DNA of 64,000 nt, taken from positions 17,718,795 to 17,782,794 of the forward strand of contig NC_092670.1 of the NCBI RefSeq assembly GCF_964355755.1, written 5' to 3'. Numbering within the stretch: position 1 is the stretch's first letter; every line of letters begins with the position of its first letter. Both the position numbers and the translations under genes were made by a program. Shown here one piece after another: positions 20,601 through 34,100 of this stretch. The stretch is from Antedon mediterranea (lineage: Eukaryota; Animalia; Echinodermata). The notes beneath the pieces are model-generated. The model made no database searches, was not told where the DNA came from, and saw nothing but the letters and a program-made list of their open reading frames with translations.

Positions 20601-23600
20601 ATTGAATGTGAAACATATAACAATAAAGAAACAAGTATAGAAAAATGGGTAGCTTTAAGAAATAAGATTATGATAATATAATTTCTAATTTGATACGATT
20701 AACCGAAAAAGAATTACAGTGATACGGGTTACTGGTGGTACTGAGCTATTATTGTTTTTTTTTATCATGTATATAAATATATTGTATAATCCGGGTTGTA
20801 AAATGAAAACAAACAAATGAAAATGTGTGAACTATTTTAAAACGAGATAGATGATAATGATGATCCTGTCAAGTGTATAACAAAATATAAGAAAATTAAT
20901 GAAAAAAGGAGTAATACAGAATTCATATATGTAAAAATGTTACTTATGAACTGTAACGACATTTACAAGTTAAATAATACGATTTTATGTAATATGAGAT
21001 AATATGAATGTGAATAAAAGTGGTGTTTGCGCCACAAAAGAGAAAAAAAAATCACAAGCACAGTAGATAATCCTTCGCCCCGTGATTGGTCAAATGCGGT
21101 GGCCTTATATACGTCCTTGCGCGTTTCGTCCGTGGCAACCAAGCTTTAATGGTGTAACGTTCCTATTTCTTTACTTTTTCCAATCAGGATTATACGTCGT
21201 TACGTCACATCTGATCCAGATCATCCAATAATCCACATACCAATTTTTTAACATTGCTTTCATTTTCACTTTGTTTTAATTTCAAAATGATTTGAAAATA
21301 AGAAGAAATTTTTAAATTGTAATTGATTTGAAAAAATACCCCACTGATAACAACCAACATGATGCCATGTTTTTACGGTACGTAAAATAGAAAAGTTCTT
21401 AGCGCTCCAATTAGCGCTAATAGGCCATATTCATATGCATAAGGAGACATTAATGTATAAACCAATTTATATTTTTAAGTTTTAAAATCTAACATTATTA
21501 TCACGAATGTTGCCATTATCAAAATTAGGTAATTGACCTTGAACGATTTTGACTTACATCAATAATATTAATGTACGCTTAGTGTCATATGCCTGACAAC
21601 ATGCTCGTGTTTTATGTTTGTTTGTTATTGTGTTTTATGTTCTGTTTAGTCTTATCGCCGCGCATGTATAAACATTATCATTGTCTCATCTTTTTTTTAT
21701 AGGCCTACTATATAGAGCTGTGGTCCTAGAAATTAATTTAATTTTGATTATAAATGCGAACGATCTTAAATTTCATTTACCTCATACTAATGAATTACAT
21801 TTGATTTGAAACATTGTCCTTGTTGGCTATATAATGGCTAACGGTACGGAAATTAGTGCCATGTGCAAATGAGATTTGATTATCTCAGGATTCAAATTTT
21901 GAAACCAAGCATGAATCTCTTATCTTATGCGCCTCAACACAAAATTAATGAAATGTCTTCTTTAACTTATAATCCTCATAAAGTCGTTTCCGTAAAAGCA
22001 ACAGCATTTCATTACTCAATTTTGATTTTCAATCATGTCTGTTGTTGATTGGAATAATCCACTATAGCATGAATGCAGGCGCGCAAGCACACAGAGCTCT
22101 TCTCTATTGAAAACGTTGAATGCCTAACACATACGGATAGAGAGAGATAGGAATAATTCATACTGGATTATAATATAGGCCTGCAACCATAATATGAACG
22201 AAAGTTCAGCTCCTAATTTGTTATACACAGTACACTATTGATGAATTTGATTTATTATACCGTACCATCAAAATCAATTTTTGTTTTTAGGGTATATCAT
22301 ACATAAACATCCTTTTTCTGGTTTTGATTCTTCGTACACATGAGTACACTATTGATGAATGTGATTTATTATACCGTACCATCAAAATAAATCGTTGTTT
22401 TTTAGGGTATACCATACATAAACATCCTTTTTCTGGTTTTGATACTTCGTACACCGTACACTATTGATGAATTTGATTTATTATACCGTACCATCAAATT
22501 CAATCGTTGGTTTTTAGGGTATACCATACATAAACATCCTTTTTCTGGTTTTGATACTTCGTACACCGTACACTATTGATGAATTTGATTTATTATACCG
22601 TACCATCAAATTCAATCGTTGGTTTTTAGGGTATACCATACATAAACATCCTTTTTCTGGTTTTGATTCTTCGTACACATGAGTACACTATTGATGAATT
22701 TGATTTATTATACCGTACCATCAAAATAAATTTTTGTTTTTAGGGTATACCATACATAAACATCCTTTTTATGGTTATGATACTTCGTGAGGTGGTTTCC
22801 CGAATGATCGTAAATCAAAGCGGTGGTACTGGGTATGATCAACTAGCGTTCTTGTCACATAGCCATCCATTCATAGAAGTACTGATGTAATCTGTACGGC
22901 GACTATAGAATGGACCCGAGACATATAACTTACTACGACTTTTAGTTGATAAAATGTGAAGAGTTTATTCTGGATTTCAGACGGAGTTTTGTCTTAATTT
23001 TAGTAAAAAGATAAATATTTTTGCACATATGGCGTTTCATACGTATACTACTTGAGTTTGGATACAGTAGTATTTTCAGACAAAAATCAAAATAAACAAG
23101 AAATATTTCTTACAAAAACCGCTGCTCGCTTATTGACGTAATAGTTTTAAAGATATTATTGTCCCTCTGAAAAATATTTTTTATTTCAAATTTTTTGAAT
23201 GTGTCATTTTATTGTCACATAATAGTTATTTTACCTGAAAAAAAATGTTATTAAAAGCAAAAAATATTTCCATTGTCTGTCATGAGACAATGGTTTTTGA
23301 GTTATAATTAAACGTTTCTTTTCTCTTTTTATAATGTGAATTTTGTTACAGAAGTGAATAACTTTGATATGAAACAGACTCAATTTAGTTTATTTTATTG
23401 CTAAGGTCAAGTCTGGAGGTCACTTCATCACGCCTTACTTCAAGTGTGAAGTATCATATTACAAACAAAAACTTTCATGGACTGTTTTGATAATAATTCA
23501 ATGATTATCTGACAGCGAAATACAGTATTGCCATGGGACTCATAAATACCAGAAATGCAGCTGGTACCTATAAAGTATAGTTGAGTTTCCATTTTAGCAA

Positions 23601-25059
23601 AAATGTCAAAGTGTAGTACTAGAACTGCTGCTTGATTTCATCTTAATAAATGAGTTATCTCGTGTGACGTAGCGAGCTAGAGCAGCAGCGTGAAAAATGA
23701 AATAAATAAGACAATAAATACAGACTTGGGGCAAGTCTATAAAGAGTTGTACGCGGTTGATTAATAGGTTGTAAGGGCGACGTTCCAATGTTATTTAATA
23801 GAAATTACGCTAAAAACTAATTATTTTCATGGAGAACTCATTTATTTCACCATGTATACTAATCAGTAAGATGAATAATGTATTTAACCTCGAATGTTAA
23901 AATTAGGATTTAATTCTTCAAGGGATCGCTTGCTATATTGTCTGCATAATTATTCAAATGTTATTAGGTTTTAGTAAAATTAAATTTTCTATCATTCTAA
24001 CATTAAACTTCGTTCACACTGAGACCGGTGCATTCTAACATTAAGCTATCGTTCACACTGAGACCGGTGCATTCTATCATTAAACTGCGTTCATAATGAG
24101 ACCGGTGCATACTAACATTAAGCGATCGTTTACACTGAGACCGGTGCATTCTAACATTAAGCTATTTATATCGTTTATACTGAGACCGGTGCATTCAAAC
24201 ATTAATCTTCGTTCATACTGAGAGCGGTGCATTCTAACATTAAGCTGCGTTCATACTGAGACCGGTGCATACTACCATTAAGCGATCGTTTACACTGAGA
24301 CCGGTGCATTCTAACATTAAGCTATTTATATCGTTTATACTGAGACCGGTGCATTCTAACATTAATCTTCGTTCATACTGACAGCGGTGCATTCTAACAT
24401 TAAGCTGCGTTCATACTGAGACCAGTGCATTCTAACATTAAGCTATCGTTCACACTGACTCCGGATTCAGTCCGGTGAGTGACGGGCTAAATTGTGTGAA
24501 TGTATAGCGTTACATCTTATTCGATATTTATTGAATCAGTATAAAACAAAACTACAAAATAACCACATAAAAAAAGACTTTGTGTTGATTGCAAGTGATG
24601 TGGAATAAAATATGAAAAATTAACAAACCTGCCAGCACCAAGACAAACTACCGGGAAACTGAGCCAGCCATACCAATCTTCCTCGGCCGATATTGCCGTG
24701 ACGATCGATCCGATAAGAAGACCTTGGAACGCAAAACCCCCGTTTTCAACCCCTCCTCTATCTTGGCAAAGAACCATTGACATCAATTGAGCTGATATAA
24801 GGCCTAGCAATGCGTTTATCGCCTGCCAAGGGTTCTGTACGAAAAGTGCCGCCAATACCAACAATCCACTGATTGGGTTATTCAAGAACACTGGTTGTCC
24901 CATCCCACGAAAACAAGCATTAATAAACTTGAAAACGATGTTTTTGTCTTTGATCCATTCCTTTAACGGTTTGATTTCACCCATAAAATAATGAGTGAAG
25001 TGATACCGGGTCGTCGAAGGAGGTGATTCCACAATCCCATCGGCCTCCATTTTACCCAT
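17679..25059 (-). CDS. SLC14A: Urea transporter (SLC14/UT family), 5 coding exons: 25059-24629, 19721-19538, 19228-19081, 18421-18287, 17908-17679
   Basis: RGMGQPVFLNNPISGLL, LPAFNLSFN, RGIGQCYGCDD, GVMGYNSVL and LPMLAFPFC motifs; all GT-AG junctions are phase-compatible. Start codon uncertain (25059 or 25050). Confidence 0.92.
18131..18337 (-). repeat. 55-bp tandem triplication (plus a decayed fourth copy) of urea-transporter exon 4 end + donor
   Basis: CAG|GTAGG donors at 18286, 18231 and 18176 on the minus strand. Confidence 0.92.
18470..18575 (+). mobile_element. LINE 3'-tail fragment, same family as 50975-51340 (opposite orientation)
   Basis: gagcagttttctgtttgagctcatgcctattact.gctcctggcaagatgaaatgta...gccgaat matches the reverse complement of ~50980-51075. 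Confidence 0.7.
19275..19480. mobile_element. MITE family A (AAGCTTGGTTCCCACTAG-type ends, internal GTGATTGGTCAA); other copies ~15724-15785, 17540-17660, 21050-21148, 25871-26037, 26075-26328
   Basis: Shared ends aagcttggtt...aaccaagctt and shared acgcaacgca/gacgta and ccaatcacaagc motifs. Confidence 0.7.
19830..21049 (+). mobile_element. 5'-truncated L1/Tx1-group retrotransposon (zf-RVT C-terminus, 3' UTR, poly-A) with 14-bp TSD
   Basis: QFNYKMLHRILPTN..L..W....TCDKCGEIENENHLFFSC; aataaa and A-tail; TSD AATCACAAGCACAG at 19816-19829 and 21050-21063. Confidence 0.88.
22230..22787. repeat. ~113-bp tandem repeat, 5 copies
   Basis: gtacactattgatgaatttgatttattataccgtaccatc...tttagggtataccatacataaacatcc recurs about every 112-114 bp. 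Confidence 0.92.
23993..24460. repeat. ~40-bp minisatellite ending in a small palindromic element
   Basis: cattctaacattaagctatcgttcacactgagaccggtg, roughly 11 copies. Confidence 0.9.
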
Positions 25060-26722
25060 TAATCCAGCAGCATAAACAACGCTAAAACTCAAATTGATAG
25101 AATTCGACAATCCGTTTAAACGTTAGATCAGATTCACAAACAAACAACTCTTCCGTTTTAAAACGATGAAATCTCCAATATTACACCAAGCCAACAGCTC
25201 AATGATGTAAACATCTCACTTGTAACATACCGTGCAATATAAATGCAGTTTATAAGTGAAAGGTATTTTAAGGCTGGTTATATTACTGCAGTACACATTG
25301 CTAATTAAAGTAGATGACTATTCGACTGGTCAGCGTGCTTTTTTGTATACACTGTACAGGTACAAAATGTGTATCACAATGCAAAGGAAACTGTATCGAT
25401 CTTACGAAAGCTGTGATGTGTGTGTAAACAATTTAACATCTAAGTGAAAGTCAAGTTGATAGTAAATATAACGCACTAAAAATAATGTAGTCTTCATTTG
25501 ACTATAGTCATAATTAATTACCTTCGTCAAGTGTGTTTACTTTAATTACACTCCAATTATTAAGCAAACTAATGACGTCATTTAAGTTATCTCTCTTAGC
25601 TAAATCATTAATTAGAATTGATAATTAGTAGTTATGGCAACAACTGAAGTGATTGTTTTTTGTTTTGTCATTTTGTGTTATTAGAATTATCTAAGCAACG
25701 ACACAGTGTGTATACAACGTAAATGTAACAGTATTAATGGATAGTGATTTTTACTCTTAATCTCTTTGACACGTCTGCTGTTAAACAATAAATATAATTA
25801 TAAACTGAACTCTCAAGTTTATTTAAGACATAAGACCAGAAATTTATTTATATATTTTTATCAGTATAGTTAAGCTTGGTTGCCACTAGCGACACAACGC
25901 AGAGACGTATTGGCGCGAAGTTCTTTATTGCGTAATCACAAGTGGGAACTCACGACGCAATAGTGCTGCAAACATCGGGTTGGAAAGGCATTTTCTTACG
26001 GTTTTCGCAACCTACGTCGCTAGTGGGAACCAAGCTTAACTCTCAATTTACACACCATGCCAAAACTAATCTATAAGCTTGATTCCTAGAACGCAACCGA
26101 CGCAACGTAAGAAAATTCCCTTCCAATAATCGGTGCGATGTTTTCAGCAGCACTGTTGCTGATTACGCACTACAACACTCGCTTCTGATTGGTCAAATCA
26201 CTACTACACTACAACGCAAGTTGTTTGACCAATCACGGTGCATTATCAAACTGTCATTTGTGATTGGTAAACTCAATTGCGGTGCCTTTACGTCATCTTT
26301 GCATTGTGTCGAAGGAAGAGCCAAGCTTTTATTGGTAAAATAATTTGTATTGCATCTTGTGAAAACCAACAATCTTTACCATCTGATGTTACAAAGAAAA
26401 TACTCACACAATTTCAAGATCGTTATGTGATCACTTTATTATAACATTCTCTCTCGATTTGAACAATTTTTTTCATAGAAAACAGCAAAAGATTTAAACT
26501 AGAAAGTTAATTTAAAATTATTACATACAACTAGACATGGTGCTTTGCCTTGAACATAGAGAAGACTCTATCTAAGATAAACCATTTAGACTCCATCCCC
26601 TGTTGGTTGGCATAGTGTTTATGCATTTCCTCCCATTTGTTTCACAGGAAAGTGTCGACTTATTAGGGGGGTGTCCCATAAGAGGGTTTCTTGTAAAGTA
26701 AGTAAATATGGAATAATTATCT

Positions 26723-26849
26723 AAAGCTTCTACACTTTCAAACTTTATGTGAAAAAAAAGATGTGATGTGCCCATATGGACATAATGATGTCATATCATT
26801 ATATCACACTTTTTTGTCAAACTAGTTCGATAGTGTAGACAGTGCTTTA
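26723..26849. mobile_element. MITE family B copy (see 35105-35290)
   Basis: aagcttctacactttcaaac...gatagtgtagacagtgcttt with internal gtgatgtgccca. Confidence 0.7.
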
Positions 26850-27083
26850 TTAACTATTTTGTTAAAAAAACAAGTATCTCTAATATACAATGGTAGCCAT
26901 GATTGTAGGTTTTAACAGAAGATGAAGGAATGCATTACTGTACATAGAATACCGTGTCCCTTTAATAATGATTGTGCATAATTTATTTTTAAAGAACCCA
27001 TGTTGCTTGTCCTCAATAGAAGGTATTCTACCAGCTGTAAGATTATCTTGATTTGATAATAGAAACATTTTATGATTTTTTTA

Positions 27084-30000
27084 TTATTGTGCTTTTAATC
27101 CAAACCGCTCTGCCCTCTTTGCTTTTTTTGCCTAAAAAAAAAAGATTATTAAAATAATTTAATTATAATTTAAGAAACTATAACATTTAAATAAAATTAT
27201 AATTTTATAGTTAATAATAATAATTAATAGTATTAATATCCCCTTTTGGAAATACATGACCATGTTGCATATCTACATGGAATTGGAATGATGTACTGTC
27301 CATCTCTAACTTTACGATACTTACATCTGCATCACTAGAGGGCGCTGTTATCGCAATACCGAATCGTTCTTTTCTTTTTAAAACTTTATCCTCATTTGCC
27401 TAAGAGAAAAAGAAGTAAAGTCAAGTGTATACCTAGTACAAATAATGATAAATGGAGTCCAGTAACATAGCAAGCAACAGGTAATCACAAGTCTGTAGTC
27501 AGTAGTACTTTATATCTTTATAACTACAAAGATTTTTTTTTTGACACCCTTCAGAGCAGGACTTACCGTAGAGGTCTTTGTATTGGTGTCTGTTGCTACC
27601 CCAAACCTTTCAGCTCTTTGTTGTTTCTTTTGCTGATTTTCAGACTAATAAAAAAAAAGTTTATACAATAAACACAGTAAGTTAGGTCATACAGTTTCCA
27701 TGTTAACACATGTTATGTTATAGGACTTTATTTATGTAGAACATCTTGTGTGTGTACACAATTTGCTATTAATAGTCCTTGGCAATGTGTGCCTAAATTA
27801 AATAATAATATCCTGGATTGATATAGCACCTAATGTTGTGAAACCTCTAAGCGCTGAACATTATTACCCAAGTCATTTTTTGGATCAAACACATATGGAA
27901 ACATACTCCCATAATTCAGCTAGTAATCAGCACAAAGTTGTGTCTCGATCTAACCGGGTTCCTATTTATGCTCCCAGTCTGAATCGTAAATTTAGCTTTT
28001 ACTTAAGCTTTGACAGCATATTGAGTATAATTACAAATACCTTTGCCAGAGTAGGTGATACAACTACGCCAAACCGCTCAGCTCTAGCTTTTTTCTTCTC
28101 ATCTGAATTTGACTAAAATGTGAAAAAAACATTTTTTAGTATACTAATTTATTATCATCATATTATATCTTTCATATAATTCATTTACATGTCAACTATC
28201 AAATAAACTAACTTTCTGACAATATCCGATATTGTCTATATTGATACATACCGTGGGAGACACTTCCAATCCAAATCTGTAATGAAAAATCAATATAAGC
28301 TCATTAACACATACAAAACAATGGAGGGTGTTATAACAATAGTAATGGTAAAGTATTATGTTAACTGTTTGTAGCTCTTTGTCACATACCAAACAATAGA
28401 GGGTGCTATATAAAGGCAGGTATATAACTAACTATAAACATACAATCATATTGATTTTGTTTGTAATTAGTAAATAGAGACCTGGTTTGTTTTCAGCTCC
28501 TTGTTGTTTCTATACAAGGAGTGCAAGTAGGTTGGAGTTCGTAAATGACCCCATACAAATAATGGCATATCACTTCTTATTTACCTTTTGGCCCTTTCAG
28601 CTTTTTTATCACTCTGTGGTGTAACATTAAACCTCTCAGCCCGGTTTAACTTTTTCTGAAAATTGATAAAATTTACAATTAATGATTTGATCTATTTTTT
28701 ATGAAAACACTGTACGAGATTATTCATTGAGATCATCTGATTGAGATTAATTGACTCATGATTGCTAAGTGTGAGATAAATTGACCTGTGATCGCTAAGT
28801 GTGAGATAAATTGACTTGTGATCGCTAAGTGTGAGATAAATTGACTCATGATTGCTAAGTATAAGATAAATTGACCTGTGATCGCTAAGTGTGAGATAAA
28901 TTGACTTGTGATCGCTAGGTGTGAGATAAATTGACTTGTGATTGCTAAGTGTGAGATATTGACATGTGATCGCTAAGTGTGAGATATTGACATGTGATCT
29001 CCAGTTGTGAGAGATAAAATATGTTACCGCATTATCATCTATTTCAGGTGATTGTGTGAGTTTTGCTACGACTGGTTCGGCTTTCTCTGCATCTTCTGCT
29101 ACATTTTCCGTTTCTTCTTCTTCTACTAATTCCAACTAAAATAAAATTGTCCTGAACATTATTCTAGTCAGGTGGTGGGCTAGCTTATTTTTCGAAAATT
29201 CATCTATTTACACTTTTTTTTTATAATATAGCTTACCTCTTCACCACCCAGCAGGTCACTTTCTTCAAGAAGGTTTCCACCTGAAGAAATAAATAAATGT
29301 ATTACAAATTTAATTAATTTTTTTGTTTCAATGAAAGATATATATCCTATCCAGTGGCACCCCCAGTCATTTTACAGAAGTTTGTGTAGGTATAAATGGA
29401 AATATACATAATGATATTTATGTAGTGATTTTGACAATCAGCAGATTGTCCCAGAGTAAAGTTAAGAGCATCTAATATTAAGAGTTGTTTAAACTATGTG
29501 AAAATGCTGATTGGAAATAAAGCATGTAAGATTATTATGCAGAGTTGGGGAGGGGTGGTGGGACTTGGGTATATGGAGGATGCTCCCCCTATGGATCAGC
29601 ATGTCTTAACTCAATACAACACTATACAACATAAAATGCTCTTGCTGTACCATCTTCTTCTGCTGCACTTGTGTCTTGAGCGGTCTCCTCAGACTCTGAT
29701 AAATGTTGTTTTAGCCTCTCCACTAACTCTGCCTTGTTTCCTTTATTGCTAAGACCATTAGCTTCCAATTCCTTTTTCAACTCAGCAACCTAAAAAATAA
29801 TATAAAAACACATATAAATAATAAGATAAATCTTTATTGTCATGAACACAACCAGGCAAACATGAAATTGGTTTTCCTTTGATGCTTAAAAACACATACA
29901 ATATATAAAACATTAAAAATATCAATACAATACATTAAAACTATATACAGTAGTAAACAAGTAAACAAACTATCTTTGAAATGTTGAGTTGGAAACATAC

Positions 30001-30383
30001 ATTATTCCTACACTCAATTACTTTCTTTAAAGTGAAAACGGCTTCCAGTATTTCAGCTGTACGTTACAGTAGGTTTAGTAGTAGGACTAATTGCAACAGC
30101 TCGTACTTAGTGGTTTTTGTTACTTTATTGCCACTGTATAGATGCTTGGATAGGCCTAAGCTAGGCCTACCTAGCCTAGTTAGGCTCCCGGCCTAGTAGG
30201 CCCGGCTAAGTCTAGGCTAGGCCTACTAGCCTAGTAAATTTAGTAGAGAGGCTGCTACGTGTCTTCGGCCTCGCTAGGATATGCGGCGGATATGCTTAGC
30301 TACCTAGTCCTAAGGGCGCCTAGCCTAGAATAAAACAAATAATCTGTAAAAACCTTCAGTTTTCCTACTGCTTCCAAATCCAT
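27084..30383 (-). CDS. SARNP: SAP domain-containing ribonucleoprotein (CIP29/Tho1), about 10 short exons
   Basis: MDLEAVGKLK|VAELKKELEANGLSNKGNKAELVERL (SAP domain), an acidic linker, and repeated RAERFG/RKERFG motifs ending AKKAKRAERFGLKAQ*. Confidence 0.9.
28742..29015. repeat. 30-bp intronic minisatellite in SARNP
   Basis: gtgagataaattgacttgtgatcgctaagt, about 8 copies. Confidence 0.9.
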
Positions 30384-31136
30384 TATGATGGAATGCTTAA
30401 TCGATTTTACCACACAAAACACGAAAAAAACTAACTCGGCACTCAACCAAACAGTACGTAAACAACTTTTCCACAACCAACCACTAACAAACAAACAAAC
30501 CAACAAATCGCTGGCCGCGTGGTGGCGATTTTCGATTTTATTTATTTTATGTCTGGCCCCCTCAACGATATTCAATTATTAAGGAATTGACCAATCATAT
30601 TGCATATTTTCCAATTAAGACATTGTTTACAATCACCCGGACTCCTGTAAACATTTGTAATCGATATGATTGTGTCGCCTTTATAAATAGCTTTTATGGC
30701 TTATTACATTGTGATAAAGCATGTATTTGTGTTTAAAATTGGTCTTAGTTAATCATATTGATAATTTATTATGTTTGTCAGTTTAATGTTATTAGAGTAA
30801 TGGAGCATATTTATTGAACATTTTCTAGGCCTACCAATGTACATAATAATAGCTAGCCTGCCTGGCCCTCTTGTCTAGTCTATAGCTAGTCATACAAGCC
30901 TGGATGGTCCAGGTGTACGGTATGCTTGCTCAAATTAAATTCACAACCCTAGAGGCTAGACTCGATAAGGTAAGCTCATTTTATATTAAATATATCATTT
31001 CAATGTTTAAAAGTACACTTTTTATACAGATTACTGATTAGTGGGTTATTTTAAATAATAATTCGCGACAGGCGTATTAACTATTATTAATATATTATTT
31101 TAAAAAATTTGGTTTTATTTTCAGGTCTGAACCAAA
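30384..31136. promoter_or_regulatory. Putative bidirectional promoter/5' UTR region, SARNP-ANKAR
   Basis: Divergent ATGs about 750 bp apart; CCAAT motifs near 30591 and 30611; donor-like AAG|GTAAGC at ~30970 suggests a non-coding ANKAR exon 1. Confidence 0.55.
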
Positions 31137-34100
31137 ATGTCTACTGGTATAGACGACCCTGCATTGGTTGCAAATGCAACAGCCAACCGGCTGGCTGCAC
31201 AGGTCTTTGAAAAGTATGAACGATATGAAGCACAAGAGGTCCTTGCACACACGTCTTATCATTGGCTTCTTTCTGCAGAAGAACACAGACTCCCAGTTGA
31301 AACGCCACGAGGTCTCATTCAGTCTATGAAGTCATTTCCTCAGAATAACTGCGTATTTGCTGTTCCAGTCGATGAAACTGTTGAACCGTGGGATTTCCGC
31401 GAGATCCATCAGATCGTACGCGAGTTGGTCGTCGGTATTTACGGGTTAAATCAGGTTCCAAGTGTTTTTCTCGAAGCTAACTTTGACAGCGGCACAGCTT
31501 GCAACATGCCACCAGCGTATAACGACACTCGTGTTGGACAGCTTTTGATAAACGTTGATTACATGATCAAAGCATTGTGGCATGGTTCATATTTTCCAAA
31601 AGATAAACGGCATAAGTTTGCAGAGCGATGGCGGTCTAACTTGGATGTAAATCAACATGGTGTTGCAGAAACAAAGAAAACAATTCTCAATGAGTTTTTA
31701 CTAGCAGGTAGAAATCATTCAATAAGTCATAGATCAGATGACCTCAATAATCAATAATCATCTTGACTAGAAAGAAGATTTATACCTCTCTCATATCTAA
31801 TATCCCTTTCACATTGCATAGCAGCTACTAGCATTTTGTATGGTGTGTGCATAAATTCTGTATTGCCAGGGAATGTACAGTAAAGGGGTATATTTCCAAC
31901 TATTCATAATAATTGATTAGACTACTGTATACATCAATCAATGTTTTGTTTAATTTATATATTTTATTTCATATTTTTCATTAATTAAATATATTAGAAT
32001 ATTTTTTGTCACAGGAATGCTGGACATCACAAAAGACCCAGATTACTGCGGTATCTATGAAAACATGAATCTGTTTCCAATGAGCATACAAGATGCTAAT
32101 ATGGACAAGGAATTATTCATGCATTACGTAGATGACATGTCGGTTCAGATGACTCTTAGACAACAGGATGTCTACCAACATCAAAATATGTTCATGTACG
32201 ATGGGACACATAATGTGACCAGTATCATCAAGGTATGTGTGTGTTACTTGTTTTTTCCCTCATTGTATCCTCCTATCATGTGTGTGTGGTAGGACCTGTG
32301 CAACTTCAGTATCATTTTGTTACTACCTTTAATCATATTGCATCTATGCATTACTAGGTTCTTTATGTATGTTTAGAGTGGAGTTGTGGTTTGGTGGTTA
32401 TGATGCTTGGCTACCAATCCAAGGGTCCTGGGTTCAATTCCTGTCATATATTTCAGTCTTTGTTTATGTAGAGCATCTTGTGATATGTTTGTCTTGTGAA
32501 TGGGATTGCCACCTTTGAGAAGGATAGTGAATGAATTCACTTGTGGTAATCCTTGGCAATTTGCCTAAAATGAGAATAAAAAAAAATGTTAAAGTTCTTC
32601 ACACATATTGCATCCAATTGCGCAATGCAGGGGGTTGAGTCCCCCAATTTAGCACTCCTAAGGAGCCCTCTATTGTATCATTATTACTTTCTTGTTATAC
32701 TGCATGTGGACAAAGTAAGATGAATTATTTTCTTAATTGTATTTTGTTAATAGTTGGATGAGAAAAGAATTGATCGAGACACTTATGAACGACTGCAAAC
32801 CAGACTACAAGCTCACTTGGATGTTATTGAGAACAACATTGAGAAGAAAACAGAAATACGGAGGCAAATGCAACTCCTTGACTTTGTTTGTTTTATGACA
32901 TCATTTCTGATAGCCATGAAACGACGCAATAAGGTGCCAGATGTCCACAGACTATTAACACCTTTATTAGGTATGTGGTACTGATAATAATGCCAATAGC
33001 AATATGGTGCTCATAAAAGGTGCCTAAAAAAAGACCAGAGCGCCGTACATACATCAAATATAAGGTGATAATTCAATCAAACTTACAAGAATTAAAACAA
33101 AATATCTTTAACTACTGTTATGATTTGATATAAAATAATTATGGTTAAATTTGCAAAACGATCATTTAGTGTACGAGTATTAACATTTTTTTTATTTTTG
33201 TTTAAAATTATTTAAATTTCATTGTCAATGAACTCTAACACATTATATTTGTACTATTATACATTGGTGTCATCTCATTCCGTTTGAAACCAAAAGATAA
33301 TTTTTCTTCTAGCGGATGACTGCAAGACAGAGCGGGAACTACCTCCCTTGATGGTAGGACCAGATTTTGCATGCAAAAACTTTGATTTTGGAAACAGTTA
33401 TTTTCACTTGCATGGCAGCATCCAGATGGATATAGAGACTGATAAAATAAGGAAACTAAGAAAAGCATTTATAGAAGGTTACGAAGAGATTCAACTGGAA
33501 GCCACGAGGCACTTGGCGGAGGTTACCGACCCAGATGCACCGTATCTTGAACATTTCAACCTACCAATCAAGACGGTGAATGGAAAATCGTAAGTTTAAA
33601 ATATTGTATTTTTGTGAGGGTGGGCTGGATGAACAACCCTCGTAAAGTATTGTGGAAATAAATATATTTTTATCAAGATCATTTAAAACTGCTAATGCAA
33701 AATTTTAAATTTTTTTGGAAGAATACAAAAATAAAAAGAAAAACAATTTATACAAAGGGAATAAATACAATAATTTTTTCCCCTCCTTTTTTTATGTTTT
33801 GTCTTTTATTGTTAACCATAATTTTTGTAACTTTTGTAAGTTATCGCTGTTCATTATTATGCATGCATTTCTTTATTCATGGACCATTTGTAAGAATATT
33901 ATTTGAATGAAAATGTCATCCATGTAAAATAAGTTTATAAATAAAAAAAAAATAAAAATTGTTGGACTTTTACAGATATTATATTTTCGCAATGGATTTT
34001 GAAACATTCTATCCAGTAGCGCCCCCACAACCACTCTGGCTTCACGCAGTTTACAACCGTATCAAAGACATGAAACCAAGACGTTTACCCCTCACAGATG

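Noticed and set aside
23507-23570. Minus-strand exon-like piece tttatag|VPAAFLVFMSPMAILYFAVR* in urea-transporter intron 1
   Set aside because: It is out of phase with exon 1 (splicing would give an early stop), I recognise no homology, and the gene is complete without it.
32380-32455. tRNA gene
   Set aside because: The cloverleaf is degenerate and it is fused to a dispersed body and A-rich tail, so it is better explained as a SINE head.
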